NCBI RefSeq assembly: GCF_963921235.1
Contig: NC_086097.1
Coordinates: 255,442,001-255,506,000, forward strand
Length of the DNA stretch: 64,000 bases
Source of the DNA: Mobula hypostoma
Taxonomy: Eukaryota
Direction of reading: 5' to 3'
The notes beneath the pieces are model-generated. The model did not search any database, was not told the DNA's origin, and was given only the letters and a program-made list of their open reading frames with translations. Positions 1 through 11,676 of this stretch are shown piece by piece (the first letter of the stretch is position 1; each line of letters opens with the position of its first letter). A program made the translations under genes and the position numbers.

Positions 1-1004
1 TAATCTTATATGTTTCAATCAGATCCCCTCTCATCCTTCTAAATTCCAGTGTATACAAGTCCAGTCACTCTATTCTTTCAACATATGACAGTCCCACCAT
101 CCCGGGAATTAACCTTGTGAACCTATGCTGCACTCCCTCAATAGAAAGAATGTCCTTCCTCAAACTTGGAGACCAAAACTGTACACAATACTCCAGGTGT
201 GGTCTCACCAGGGCCCTGTACAACTGCAGAAGGGCCTCTGTGCTCCTATACTCAACTCCCCTTGTTATGAAGGCCAACATGCCATTAGTTTTCTTCAGTT
301 CCTGCTGTACTTGCATGCTTACTTTCAGTGACTGATGAACAAGGACACCAAGATCTCGTTGTACTTCCCCTTTTCCTAACTTGACACCATTCAGATAGTA
401 ATCTGCCTTCCTGTTCTTGCCACCAAAGTGGATAACCTCACATTTATCCACATTAAACTGCATCTGCCATGCATCTGCCCAGTCACCCAACCTGTCCAAG
501 TCACCCTGCATTCTCATAACATCCTCCTCACATTTCACACTGCCACCCAGCTTTGTGTCTTCTGCAAATTTGCTAATGTTACTTTTAATCCCTTCATCTA
601 AATCATTAATGTATATCGTAAATAGCTGTGGTCCCAGCATCGAGCCTTGCGGTACCCCACTAGTCACCGCCTGCCATTCTGAAAGGGACTTGTTAATCCC
701 TACTCTTTGTTTCCTGTCAGCCAGCCAATTTTCAATCCATGTCAGTACTCTGCCCCCAATACCATGTGCTCTAATTTTGCCCACTAATCTCCTATGTGGG
801 ACTTTATCAAAGGCTTTCTGAAAGTCCAGGTACACTACATCCACTGGCTATCCCTTGTCCATTTTCATAGTTACATCCTCAAAATATTCCAGAAGATTAG
901 TCAAGCATTATTTCCCCTTCGTAAATCCATGCTGACTGGGACCGATCCTGTTACTGCTATCCAGATGGGTCGTAATTTCATCTTTTATAATTGACTCCAG
1001 CATC
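1..1004 (-). mobile_element. CR1-clade LINE, 5'-truncated ORF2 (RT) fragment, runs off the left window edge
   Basis: ORF 65..844 has YLDFQKAFDKVPH, SGVPQGS, KFAEDTKL (FADD mutated) and RPHLEYCVQFWSP, typical of CR1 RT. Confidence 0.95.
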
Positions 1005-1403
1005 TCTCGCCAGCCTTCTCCTTGCAGGCCTTCATGAGCCTCCTCACAAGAGGGGTGTTGGTCCCCACCAGAACTGAAACGCCGCCCTACTCAACAGGGT
1101 CCGGACAAACAGCACTAATGTATCAAGGACCTCAGACATTCTCACATCGGCCTCCGAGAACTCCAACTTCACTGACAAATAACCATCGTATGGGTAAAAT
1201 CACTAGCCCCCAGATCTCCAGTGCCCTGAATGGTATCAATGGGAAATGCTTCAAATACAGGTTGTAAAACGAACAGTACGACAACGCGACCTGCGACCTG
1301 GTGTTGAGTATGGCTTTAGCTTAAATACCCTCTATTCGTAGCGACACACTGGATCATGACTCACTAAGCGTTCAGGACTTGGGCCTTTAGCTTTCGGGGA
1401 TTC
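1005..1403 (-). mobile_element. Gypsy/Ty3 LTR retrotransposon aspartic protease region (degenerate)
   Basis: Manual minus-strand translation gives SLRIEGI*AKAILNTRSQV (decayed LDTGSQV), LEIWG and VSVLVGTNTPLVRRL. Joins the gag at 4382 once the CR1 at 1404-4381 is removed. Confidence 0.75.
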
Positions 1404-4381
1404 AATAGACAATAGGTGCAGAAGTTGACCATTTGGCCCTTCGAGCCTGCACCACCATTCTGAGATCATGGCTGATCATCTACTATCAACACCCGGTTCC
1501 TGCCTTGTCCCCATAACCCTTGATTCCCCTATCCATAAGATACCTATCTAGCTCCTTCTTGAAAGCATCCAGAGAATTGGCCTCCACTGCCTTCTGAGGC
1601 AGCGTGTTCCATACCTCTACAACTCTCTGGGAGAAGAAATTCCTCCTCAACTCTGTCCTAAATGACCTACCCCTTATTCTTAAACCATGCCCTCTGGTAC
1701 TGGACTCTCCCAGCATCTGGAACATATTTCCTGCCTCTATCTTGTCCAATCCCTTAATAATCTTATATGTCTCAATCAGATCTCCCCTCAATCTCCTTAA
1801 TTCCAGCATGTACAAGCCCAGTTTCTCTAACCACTCTGCATAAGACAGTCCGGACATCCCAGGAATTAACCTAGTGAACCTACGTTGCACCTCCTCCACA
1901 GCCAGGATGTCCTTCCCTAAACCTGGAGACCAAAACTGCACACAATACTCCAGGTGTGGTCTCACCAGGGCCCTGTGCAAATGCAAAAGGATTTCCTTGC
2001 TCTTGTACTCAATTCCCTTTGTAATAAAGGCCAACATTCCATTGCCTTCTTCACTGCCTTCTGCACTTGCTCATTCACCTTCAGAGACTGATGAACAAGT
2101 ACTCCTAGATCTCTTTGTATTTCTCCCTTACCTAACTCCACACCGTTCAGATAATAATCTGCCTTCCTGTTCTTGCTCCCAAAGTGAATAACCTCACACT
2201 TATTCACATTAAACGCCATCTGCCAAGTTTCTGCCCACTCACCCAGCCTATCCAAGTCACCTTGAATTCTCCTAACATCCTCATCACATGTCACACTGCC
2301 ACCCAGCTTAGTATCATCAGCAAACTTGCTGATGTTATTCATAATGCCTTCCTCTAAATCATTGACGTAAATTGTAAACAGCTGTGGTCCCAATACCGAG
2401 CCCTGTGGCACCCCACTAGTCACCACCTGCCATTCCGAGAAACACCCATTCACTGCTACCCTTTGCTTTCTGTCTGCCAACCAGTTTTCTATCCATGTCA
2501 ATATCCTCCCCCCAATGCCATGAGCTCTGATTTTACCCACCAATCTCCTATGTGGTACCTTATCAAATGCCTTCTAAAAGTCAAGGTACACCACATCCAC
2601 TGGATCTCCCGCATCTATCTTCCTGGTTACATCCTCGAAAAACTCCAATAGATCAGTCAAGCATGATTTGCCCTTGGTAAATCCACGCTGGCTCGGCCCA
2701 ATCCTATCACTGCTATCAAGATATGCCGCTATTTCATCTTTAATAATGGACTCTAGCATCTTCCTCCCTACTGATGTTAGGCTAATAGGGCGATAGTTCT
2801 CCGTTTTCTCCCTCCCTCCTTTCTTAAAAAGTGGGATAACATTAGCCATTCGCCAATCCTCAGGAACTGATCCTGAATCTAAGGAACATTGGAAAATGAC
2901 CACCAATGCATCCGCAATTTCCAGAGCCACCTCCTTTAGTACCCTAGGATGCAGACCATCTGGACCTGGGGATTTGTTAGCCTTCAATCCCATCAGTCTA
3001 CTCATCACCGTTTCCTTCCTAATGTCAATCTGTTTCAGTTCCTCTGTTACCCTATGTCCTTGGTCCATCCATACATCTGGGAGATTGCTTGTGTCTTCCC
3101 TAGTGAAGACAGATCCAAAGTACTTATTAAATTCGTCTGCGATTTCTCTGTTTCCCATAACAATTTCTCTCAATTCATTCTTCAAGGGCACAACATTGTT
3201 CTTAACTATCTTCCTTCTCTTCACATACCTAAAAAAACTTTTGCTATCCTCTTTTATATTCCTAGCTAGCTTACGTTCATACCTCATTTTTTCTCCCCAT
3301 ATTGCCTTTTCAGTTAAGTTTTGTTGCTCCTTAAAAATTTCCCACTCATCCGTCTTCCCACTCACCTTAGCTCTGTTATACTTCTTTTTTAATGCTATGC
3401 TATCTCTGACTTCCTTTGTCAACCACTGTGGCCACTTTCCCCCTTTGAATCCTTCCTTCTCCGGGGGATGAACTGATTTTGCACCTTGTGCATTATTCCC
3501 AAGAATACCTGCCATCGCTGTTCCACTGTCTCTTCTGCCAGGATATCCGACCAGTCAACTTTGGCCAGCTCCTCCCTCATGGCTCCATAGTCTCCATTGT
3601 TCAACTGCAATACTGACACTTCTGATCTGCCCTTATCCCTCTCAACTTGCAGATAAAAACTTATCATATTATGGTCACTACCTCCTAATGGCTCCTTTAC
3701 TTCAAGATCACTTATCAAATCCTGTTCATTGCACAACACTAAATCCAGAATAGCCTTATCCCTGGTCGGCTCTCGTACAAGCTGCTCCAAAAATGCATCC
3801 CGTAGGCACTCTACAAACTCCCTATCCTGGGGTCCAGTACCAACCTGATTTTCCCAGTTCACCTGCATGTTGAAATCCCCCATAACTACTGCGACATTTC
3901 CTTTGCCACATGCCATTGTTAACTCCCTATTCAACTTGCACCCAATATCCATGCTACTGTTTGGGGGCCTGTAGATAACACCTATTAGGGTCTTTTTGCC
4001 CTTACTGTTCCTCAGTTCTATCCACACTGACTCTACTTCTCCTGATTCTATGTCCCCCCTTGCAAGGGACTGAATCTCATTCCTCACCAACAGGGCCACC
4101 CCACCCCCTCTTCCCACCTTTCTGTCCCTTCGATAGCATGTATACCCTTGTACATTCAATTCCCAGGTCTGATCCCCCTGCAGCCATGTCTCCGTTATCC
4201 CAACAACATCATAGTTACCCATTCGCACCTGAGCTTCAAGCTCATCCGCCTTATTTCTGACACTTCGCGCATTCAGATATAGAATTTTTAACCCATTACT
4301 CCTCTCTCTGTTTAAATCGCTACCTATTGTGCATAACCCAGCTCCCCGAACTCTCACCGGGCTATACGCCCCTTGAATTTT
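1404..4381 (-). mobile_element. CR1 LINE (APE endonuclease + RT, frameshifted) inserted into the Gypsy element
   Basis: ORFs 3419..4606 (LYLNARS, GITETWL, GDFN, SDH), 2574..3515, 1962..2543 (FADD) and 1486..2037; 3' tail caatagacaatag at ~1404-1415; GATTC at both junctions (1399-1403, 4382-4386) is the likely TSD. Confidence 0.95.
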
Positions 4382-5728
4382 GATTCCTTGGTACATTGCT
4401 GGGAACGTGTTCCCCCAGAGACACCAGGCCGTTTCCTCACTGGGTCTCCTCTTGGTTTTCCCAACGACTCTCCCTGCTGAGGTACCCGGGGGCTCACTCT
4501 CCTTCTGGCGTGACACCTGCTGCCAGCAGCCCTCCGCATTGTTTGTTCCCTTGGGGGATCTACTCCCAATCAGCTCCATCATACACCCGCTGATAACTGC
4601 TGACATATCACCACTCTCAACTCTGCCACAATCTCCTCTACCGCTCCCCGGGGTAGGCTATCTGTGGTCACTTCACCACAGGGGACACTCCCGAGCCTGC
4701 TGACAGAGGCCTCCTGCGCCTCCAACGCATTCTCCTCCTCCCGTACCTCTCTGATCAGCTCAACAAAAGATGGAGGGGCATGTCTTACGAGACTGTCGGA
4801 GACCCCCAAGCAATCAGGTCATGGGACCGGGCGCCCCTGGCTATCTGGTCCATTCTTAACTGATTCACCTCAGCCACCCGAATGACCCCTCTGTGTCACA
4901 AGCAATTTAGCTGCCTCTCTAGCTGAAAAATAAAAGCAGAAACTTCTCCCCCTCCTCCTGACGCATGTTCTGAAACCCCACCATGAGCTCCATTGGGCTT
5001 CCTGTCAGGCCAAAAGCATTGTTCAGTGCTTGCATGTAATTGACAGCTGTCACTACGGGATACTTTAACCTGACGGCTCTCACAATGTCAGCGGCCCACC
5101 CATTCAAACTTTCAACCAATCTCTGTCACCTTACATCATCAGAGCACAGCCACTCATCTAACCACTGAGAGGTCTGCTCCGCCCAATCCTCATACTCCTC
5201 CTCCCCTTTAGGGGTGGGCGTTATTCCAGAGAATAGTTGGAGTCTGCCATAGCTGGGACTTTGAATCTGATTTTTCAATTTATTCGCCAGAGAAGTAAGG
5301 GCGGATACTAACTCAGAATTCTCACTCTTCACCAGGGGACGTGGACTAATTAGACATTCCAAATCCGACCACTCCCTCCCCTCACTCCTCAGAAACGAGA
5401 GAAACCTGTCTTTGAAATTTCCAACCCCAGCTACCGCTACATCAGCGCTGGTCTGTATTAAAACAAGAGTTGTGCCAGCCATTTCATTGAACCTCCGCCC
5501 ACAATCGCAACTTTAACAGAACTTAACAGGTGAATTAACAATTCATCCAGAGTACAAATAGCTGCCCCACTGGTTCATTGCTCAGGGTAATCACACAGTA
5601 TCCAACGGACTCAATGCCAGACAAGTCCCCACAATTGTAACTCTCGCTTCGGCTAGCAGCTTACTATAGGGGGTGATAGCCCCCGGTCTGGCCAAACTTA
5701 AGAAAACTCATTTGGGTGGATGCTGCGA
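4382..5728 (-). mobile_element. Gypsy gag, PNMA/Ma-like capsid (degenerate), plus probable 5' leader
   Basis: ORFs 5126..5482 (YGRLQLFSG..GEEEYEDWAEQ..W) and 4919..5119 (LVESLNG.AADIVR..YMQALNNAFG..QEEGEK) are in frame across one TGA; 4579..4809 has PPSFVELIREVREEE. These match the PNMA-type gag pattern. The 5' boundary is uncertain. Confidence 0.8.
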
Positions 5729-5941
5729 GGCTGAAGAGTTGGTGCAGGGGGCAGGAGTTCAGATTTCTGGATCATTGAGATCTCTTCTGGGGAAGGTCTG
5801 ACCTGTACAAAAAGGACGGATTGCACCTGAACTGGAAAGGGACCAATATCCTGGCGGGCAGGTTTGCTAGAGCTGTTGGGGAGGGTTTAAACTAGTTTGG
5901 CAGGGGGTGGGGTGGGAATCAGAATGGGAGTGCAGAGATTA

Positions 5942-8900
5942 CATAGAAACATAGAAACATAGAAAATAGGTGCAGGAGTAGGCCATTCGGCCCTTCGAGC
6001 CTGCACCGCCATTTATTATGATCATGGCTGATCATCCAACTCAGAACCCCGCCCCAGCCTTCCCTCCATACCCCCTGACCCCTGTAGCCACAAGGGCCAT
6101 ATCTAACTCCCTCTTAAATATAGCCAATGAACTGGCCTCAACAGTTTCCTGTGGCAGAGAATTCCACAGATTCACCACTCTCTGTGTGAAGAAGTTTTTC
6201 CTAATCTCGGTCCTAAAAGGCTTCCCCTCTATCCTCAAACTGTGACCCCTCGTTCTGGACTTCCCCAACATCGGGAACAATCTTCCTGCATCTAGCCTGT
6301 CCAATCCCTTTAGGATCTTATACGTTTCAATCAGATCCCCCCTCAATCTTCTAAATTCCAACGAGTACAAGCCCAGTTCATCCAGTCTTTCTTCATATGA
6401 AAGTCCTGCCATCCCAGGAATCAATCTGGTGAACCTTCTTTGTACTCCCTCTATGGCAAAGATGTCTTTCCTCAGATTAGGGGACCAAAACTGCACACAA
6501 TACTCCAGGTGTGGTCTCACCAAGGCCTTGTACAACTGCAGTAGTACCTCCCTGCTCCTGTACTCGAATCCTCTCGCTATAAATGCCAGCATACCATTCG
6601 CCTTTTTCACCGCCTGCTGTACCTGCATGCCCACTTTCAATGACTGGTGTATAATGACACCCAGGTCTCGTTGCACCTCCTCTTTTCCTAATCGGCCACC
6701 ATTCAGATAATAATCTGTTTTCCTATTTTTGCCACCAAAGTGGATAACTTCACATTTATCCACATTAAATTGTATCTGCCATGAATTTGCCCACTCACCC
6801 AACCTATACAAGTCACCCTGCATCCTCTTAGCATCCTCCTCACTGCTAACACTGCCACCCAGCTTCGTGTCATCCGCAAACTTGGAGATGCTGCATTTAA
6901 TTCCCTCATCCAAGTCATTAATATATATTGTAAACAACTGGGGTCCCAGCACTGAGCCTTGCAGTACCCCACTAGTCACCGTCTGCCATTCTGAAAAGGT
7001 CCCGTTTATTTCCACTCTTTGCTTCCTGTCTGCTAACCAATTCTCCACCCACACCAATACCTTACCCCCAATACCGTGTGCTTTAAGTTTGCACACTAAT
7101 CTCCTGTGTGGGACCTTGTCAAAAGCCTTTTGAAAATCCAAATATACCACATCCACTGGTTCTCCCCTATCCACTTTACTAGTTACATCCTCAAAAAATT
7201 CTATGAGATTCGTCAGACATGATTTTCCTTTCACAAATCCATGCTGACTTTGTCCGATCATTTCACCGCTTTCCAAATGTGCTGTTATCACATCCTTGAT
7301 AACTGACTCCAGCAGTTTCCCCACCACCGACGTTAGGCTAACCGGTCTATAATTCCCTGGTTTCTCTCTCCCTCCTTTTTTAAAAAGTGGGGTTACATTA
7401 GCCACCCTCCAATGCTCAGGAACTAGTCCAGAATCTAACGAGTTTTGAAAAATTATCACTAATGCATCCACTATTTCTTGGGCTACTTCCTTAAGCACTC
7501 TAGGATGCAGACCATCTGGCCCTGGGGATTTATCTGCCTTCAATCCCTTCAATTTACCTATCACCACTTCCCTACTAACATGTATTTCGCTCAGTTCCTC
7601 CATCTCACTGGACCCTCTGTCCCTTACTATTTCTGGAAGATTATTTATGTCCTCCTTAGTGAAGACAGAACCAAAGTAATTATTCAATTGGTCTGCCATG
7701 TCCTTGCTCCCCATAATCAATTCACCTGTTTCTGTCTGCAGGGGACCTACATTTGTCTTTACCAGTCTTTTCCTTTTTACATATCTATAAAAGCTTTTAC
7801 AGTCCGTTTTTATGTTCTCTGCCAGTTTTCTCTCATAATCTTTTTTCCCCTTCCTAATTAAGCCCTTTGTCCTCTGCTGAACTCTGAATTTCTCCCAGTC
7901 CTCAGGTGAGCCACCTTCTCTGGCTAATTTGTATGCTTCTTCTTTGGAATTGATACTATCCCTAATTTCTCTTGTCAGCCACGGGTGCACTACCTTCCTT
8001 GATTTATTCTTTTGCCAAACTGGGATGAACAATTGTTGTAGTTCATCCATGCAACCTTTAAATGCTTGCCATTGCATATCCACCATCAATCCTTTAAGTG
8101 TCATTTGCCAGTCTATCTTAGCTAATTCAAGTCTCATACCTTCAAAGTTACCCCTCTTTAAGTTCAGAACCTTTGTTTCTGAATTAACTATGTCACTCTC
8201 CATCTTAATGAAGAATTCCACCATATTATGGTCACTCTTACCCAAGGGGCCTCTCACGACAAGATCGCTAATTAACCCTTCCTCATTGCTCAAAACCCAG
8301 TCCAGAATAGCCTGCTCTCTAGTTGGTTCCTCGACATGTTGGTTCAAAAAACCATCCCGCATATATTCCAAGAAATCCTCTTCCTCAGCACCTTTACCAA
8401 TTTGGTTCACCCAGTCTACATGTAGATTGAAGTCACCCATTATAACTGCTGTTCCTTTATTGCACACATTTCTAATTTCCTGTTTAATACCATCTCCGAC
8501 CTCACTACTACTGTTAGGTGGCCTGTACACAACTCCCACCAGCGTCTTCTGCCCCTTAGTGTTACGCAGCTCTACCCATATCGATTCCACATCTTCCCGG
8601 CTTATGTCTTTCCTTTCTATTGCATTAATCTCTTCTTTAACCAGCAACGCCACCCCACCTCCCCTTCCTTCATGTCTATCCCTCCTGAATATTGAATATC
8701 CCTGAACGTTGTGCTCCCATCCCTGGTCACCCTGGAGCCATGTCTCTGTGATCCCAACTATATCATAATCATTAATAACAATCTGCACTTTCAATTCGTC
8801 CACCTTATTACGAATGCTCCTTGCATTGACACATAAAGCCTTCAGGCGCTCTTTTACAACTCTCTTAGCCCTTATACAATTATGTTGAAAAGTGGCCCTT

Positions 8901-9066
8901 TTTAATGCTTGCCCTGGATTTGTCGGTCTGCCACTTTTACTTTTCTCCTTTGTACTTTTTGCTTCTACCCTCAGTTTACACCCCTCTGTCTCTCTGCACT
9001 GGTTCCCATCCCTCTGTTGTGAACTAACCTCCTCACGCCTAGCCTCTTTAATTTGATTCCCACCCC
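5942..9066 (-). mobile_element. Young CR1 LINE, truncated just downstream of the ORF1/ORF2 junction
   Basis: (catagaaa)n tail at 5942-5966; TSD ATTA (5938-5941, 9067-9070); contains the 920-aa ORF. Confidence 0.97.
6041..9064 (-). CDS. CR1 ORF2: APE endonuclease + reverse transcriptase, uninterrupted reading frame
   Basis: ORF track 6041..8803 (920 aa) has GITETWL, VYRPP, GDFN, SDH, YRPVSLTS, QGSVLGP and FADD. My manual translation finds the frame open ~87 codons further upstream (..LKALCVNARSIRNKVDELK). Confidence 0.9.
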   Translation of the reverse strand, partial: GGNQIKEARREEVSSQQRDGNQCRETEGCKLRVEAKSTKEKSKSGRPTNPGQALKRATFQHNCIRAKRVVKERLKALCVNARSIRNKVDELKVQIVINDYDIVGITETWLQGDQGWEHNVQGYSIFRRDRHEGRGGGVALLVKEEINAIERKDISREDVESIWVELRNTKGQKTLVGVVYRPPNSSSEVGDGIKQEIRNVCNKGTAVIMGDFNLHVDWVNQIGKGAEEEDFLEYMRDGFLNQHVEEPTREQAILDWVLSNEEGLISDLVVRGPLGKSDHNMVEFFIKMESDIVNSETKVLNLKRGNFEGMRLELAKIDWQMTLKGLMVDMQWQAFKGCMDELQQLFIPVWQKNKSRKVVHPWLTREIRDSINSKEEAYKLAREGGSPEDWEKFRVQQRTKGLIRKGKKDYERKLAENIKTDCKSFYRYVKRKRLVKTNVGPLQTETGELIMGSKDMADQLNNYFGSVFTKEDINNLPEIVRDRGSSEMEELSEIHVSREVVIGKLKGLKADKSPGPDGLHPRVLKEVAQEIVDALVIIFQNSLDSGLVPEHWRVANVTPLFKKGGREKPGNYRPVSLTSVVGKLLESVIKDVITAHLESGEMIGQSQHGFVKGKSCLTNLIEFFEDVTSKVDRGEPVDVVYLDFQKAFDKVPHRRLVCKLKAHGIGGKVLVWVENWLADRKQRVEINGTFSEWQTVTSGVLQGSVLGPQLFTIYINDLDEGIKCSISKFADDTKLGGSVSSEEDAKRMQGDLYRLGEWANSWQIQFNVDKCEVIHFGGKNRKTDYYLNGGRLGKEEVQRDLGVIIHQSLKVGMQVQQAVKKANGMLAFIARGFEYRSREVLLQLYKALVRPHLEYCVQFWSPNLRKDIFAIEGVQRRFTRLIPGMAGLSYEERLDELGLYSLEFRRLRGDLIETYKILKGLDRLDAGRLFPMLGKSRTRGHSLRIEGKPFRTEIRKNFFTQRVVNLWNSLPQETVEASSLAIFKRELDMALVATGVRGYGGKAGAGF

Positions 9067-9165
9067 ATTAGGGTGGAAGGACAAGGGCATGATGCTATGT
9101 GTTCTGAGTTGGTGAGGAAGGACAGGCAGGGGACAAAACATAAATGTAGCCAGTTAGAGGGGTTT

Positions 9166-10950
9166 CAACTCCTCGGACCCCAGCGCATGTGACATGGCAC
9201 ACAGGTCATTACAGACTTCAAACCACCTAGTACTGTGCCCCCTTCCAGCTCTGCTTCCCTCCCTGATGAGTTCAATCACTTCTACGCTCGCTTTGACCGA
9301 GAGAACAAGGAGGTCACCCTCAAAGCGGATCTCCCACCTGGTGAACCGTCTCTCTCACTTTCCACCGCTGATGTTTGCGCCACCCTGAGCAGGGTGAATG
9401 TACGGAAGGCAGCTGGTCTGGATGGAATACCTGGCCGTGTGCTCAGAGTCTGTGCAGGGCAGTTGGTTGGGGTCTTCACGGACATTTTTAATCTGTCCCT
9501 GGCCCAGGCAGTTGTCCCCACAAGCTTCAAGATCGCCACTATCGTGCCAGTGCCTAAGCTTTCCACTGCCACGGGCCTGAATAACTTCCGCCCAGTTGTA
9601 CTCACCCCCATCATTGCAAAGTGCTTTGAGAGACTGGTTCTAATCACATCTGAAATCCTGTCTGCCCACTACCCTGGACCCCCATCAATTTGCCGATCAC
9701 ACCAACAGGTCAACAGAGGACGCCATGTCCACGGCACTTCACTCTGCCCTGACCCACCTGGACAGTCCCAACTCTTACGTCAGAATGCTGTTCATTGACT
9801 TTAGTTCAGCATTCAATACTGTGATCCCCTCCAAGCTGATCACTAAACTTCGCCAGCTTGGTATCAGCTCATCCCTCTGCAATTGGACCTTGGACTTTCT
9901 GACCAACAGACCCCAATCAGTTAAGTTAGACAACCTCTCCTCCTCCACTCTCACCCTAAACACCGGCGTGCCTCAATACTGTGTGCTGAGCCCTCTTCTG
10001 TACTCCCTTTTCACCTATGACTGCGTTCCTGTACATGGTTCTAACTCCATAATCAAGTTCGCAGATGACACCACGGTGGTTGGCCTGATCAGAGGGGATG
10101 ATGAGACGGCCTACAGGGATGAGGTCCAGCACCTGGCCGTGTGGTGTGCCGACAACAACCTGACCCTTAACACCCAGAAGACCAAGGAGATCATTGTGGA
10201 CTTCAGGCATGCTAGGAGTCACACTCACGTCCCCATCTACATCAACGGTACTGCAGTGGAGCATGTATCAAGCTTCAAATTCCTTGGTGTCCACATTACC
10301 GAGGATCTCACCTGGTCCCTGAACTCCTCCATCCTGATCAAAAAGGCACAATAGCGCCTTTATTTCCTGCAGAGCGTCAAGAAAGCTCACCTCTGTCCCA
10401 GGATACTGATGGACTTTTACCGCTGTACCATTGAGAGGATACTCACCAAATGCATCTCAGTGTGGTATGGCAATTGTCCCGTATCGGACCACAAAGCACT
10501 CCAGCGTGTGGTGAAGACTGCCCAGCCGATTATCGGCACCCAATTGCCCACCATTGAGAACATCTACCGTAAACACTGCCTGGGCAGGGTGAAAAGCATT
10601 ATCAAGGATGCTTCTCACTCTAACCATGAACTTTTTACTCTCCTCCCATCCGGTAGGCGCTACAGGAGCCTCCGCTCCCGCACCAGCGGGCACAGGAAGA
10701 GCTTCTTCCCTGAGGCTGTGACCCTGCTGAACCTCACATCACAGCGCTAAGCAGTATTGCACCCGTATTGTACTGTCTCAGTACTTTTATATTTGTGTGC
10801 TGTAGCACTTACTTTTTATTTGCAGTTATTTTGTAAATAACACTATTCTTTGCTTTTCTGGTTAGATGCTAACTGCATTTCATTGGCTTTGTATCTGTAC
10901 TCAGCACAATGACAATAAAGTTGAATCTAATCTAATCTAATCTAATCTAA
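9166..10950 (+). mobile_element. Rex1/Babar-type LINE, 5'-truncated RT
   Basis: ORFs 9235..9798, 9725..10354 ([24 protein letters not shown]) and 10409..10750 (LLPSGRRYRS); AATAAA then an (aatct)n tail at ~10924-10950. Confidence 0.9.
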
Positions 10951-11000
10951 ATGTGTCTATTTCAACTCTAGGAGAATTAGGAATAAAGGGGATGAATTTA

Positions 11001-11676
11001 GATTTAGATTATGAGAACACTCAGTCCTTGTTTATTGCCATTTAGAAATGCGTGCATGCATTAAGAAATGATACAATGTTCCTCCAGAGTGATATCACAG
11101 AAAAACAGGACAAACCAAAGATGAACACGGATAGAACCACATAATTATAACATATAGTTACAGCAGTGCAAAACAATACCATAATTTGATAAAGAACAGC
11201 ACGGTAAAAAAAAGTCTCAAAGTCCCCGAGTCGATCGACTCCCGAGTCCCCGATAGCAGGCGGCAAAGGGAGAAACTCCCTGCCATAAACCTCCAGGCAG
11301 CAATAACTGCCGATGCATTGGAAGCAGCCGACCACAGCCGACACTGAGTCCATCCGTCCAAAAACATCGAGCCTCCCACCAGCCCCTCCGATACAGCCTC
11401 CCGAGTGCCATCCTCTGCTGAGCGCCTTCGACCTCGCCCGGCCACCAAAACAAGCAAAGCCAAGGATTCGGGGCCTTCTCCTCCGGAGATGCCGGACCGC
11501 ACAGTAACAGCGATTGTGAAGCGGGCATTTCAGAACTTTCTCCAGATGTTCCTCCATACTCTGATGTCTGTCTCCATCAAATCAGAATTGTGCACGGTAC
11601 CTACTTGACAAATAACAGACATCACCACCGAAATGGCCGCGCGCGCTGCGTCGCGCCGCCATCTTCTCCTCCACCT
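11001..11676 (-). mobile_element. Non-autonomous retroelement (~680 bp) with 5' AAGATGGCGGCG head and Rex-like 3' tail
   Basis: Shares long blocks with 27112-27746 (ttctgatttgatggagacagac..ggaacatctggagaaa; tgtatcatttcttaatgcatgca); ends in AATAAA plus an aatcta-type tail; interrupts a CR1 ORF2. Confidence 0.75.

Noticed and set aside
3419..4606. 395-aa ORF as a novel gag-endonuclease fusion gene
   Set aside because: Chance in-frame junction between Gypsy sequence and the inserted CR1 at the GATTC TSD; both parts are otherwise broken.
4579..5482. Domesticated PNMA-like host gene
   Set aside because: Internal stop, frameshifts/deletions and a linked decayed protease indicate a dead retrotransposon.
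6429..8705. Recurrent antisense ORFs (MPPKWITSHL.., MNLLCTPS..)
   Set aside because: Shadow frames of CR1 ORF2, repeated only because the element is repeated; no independent support.
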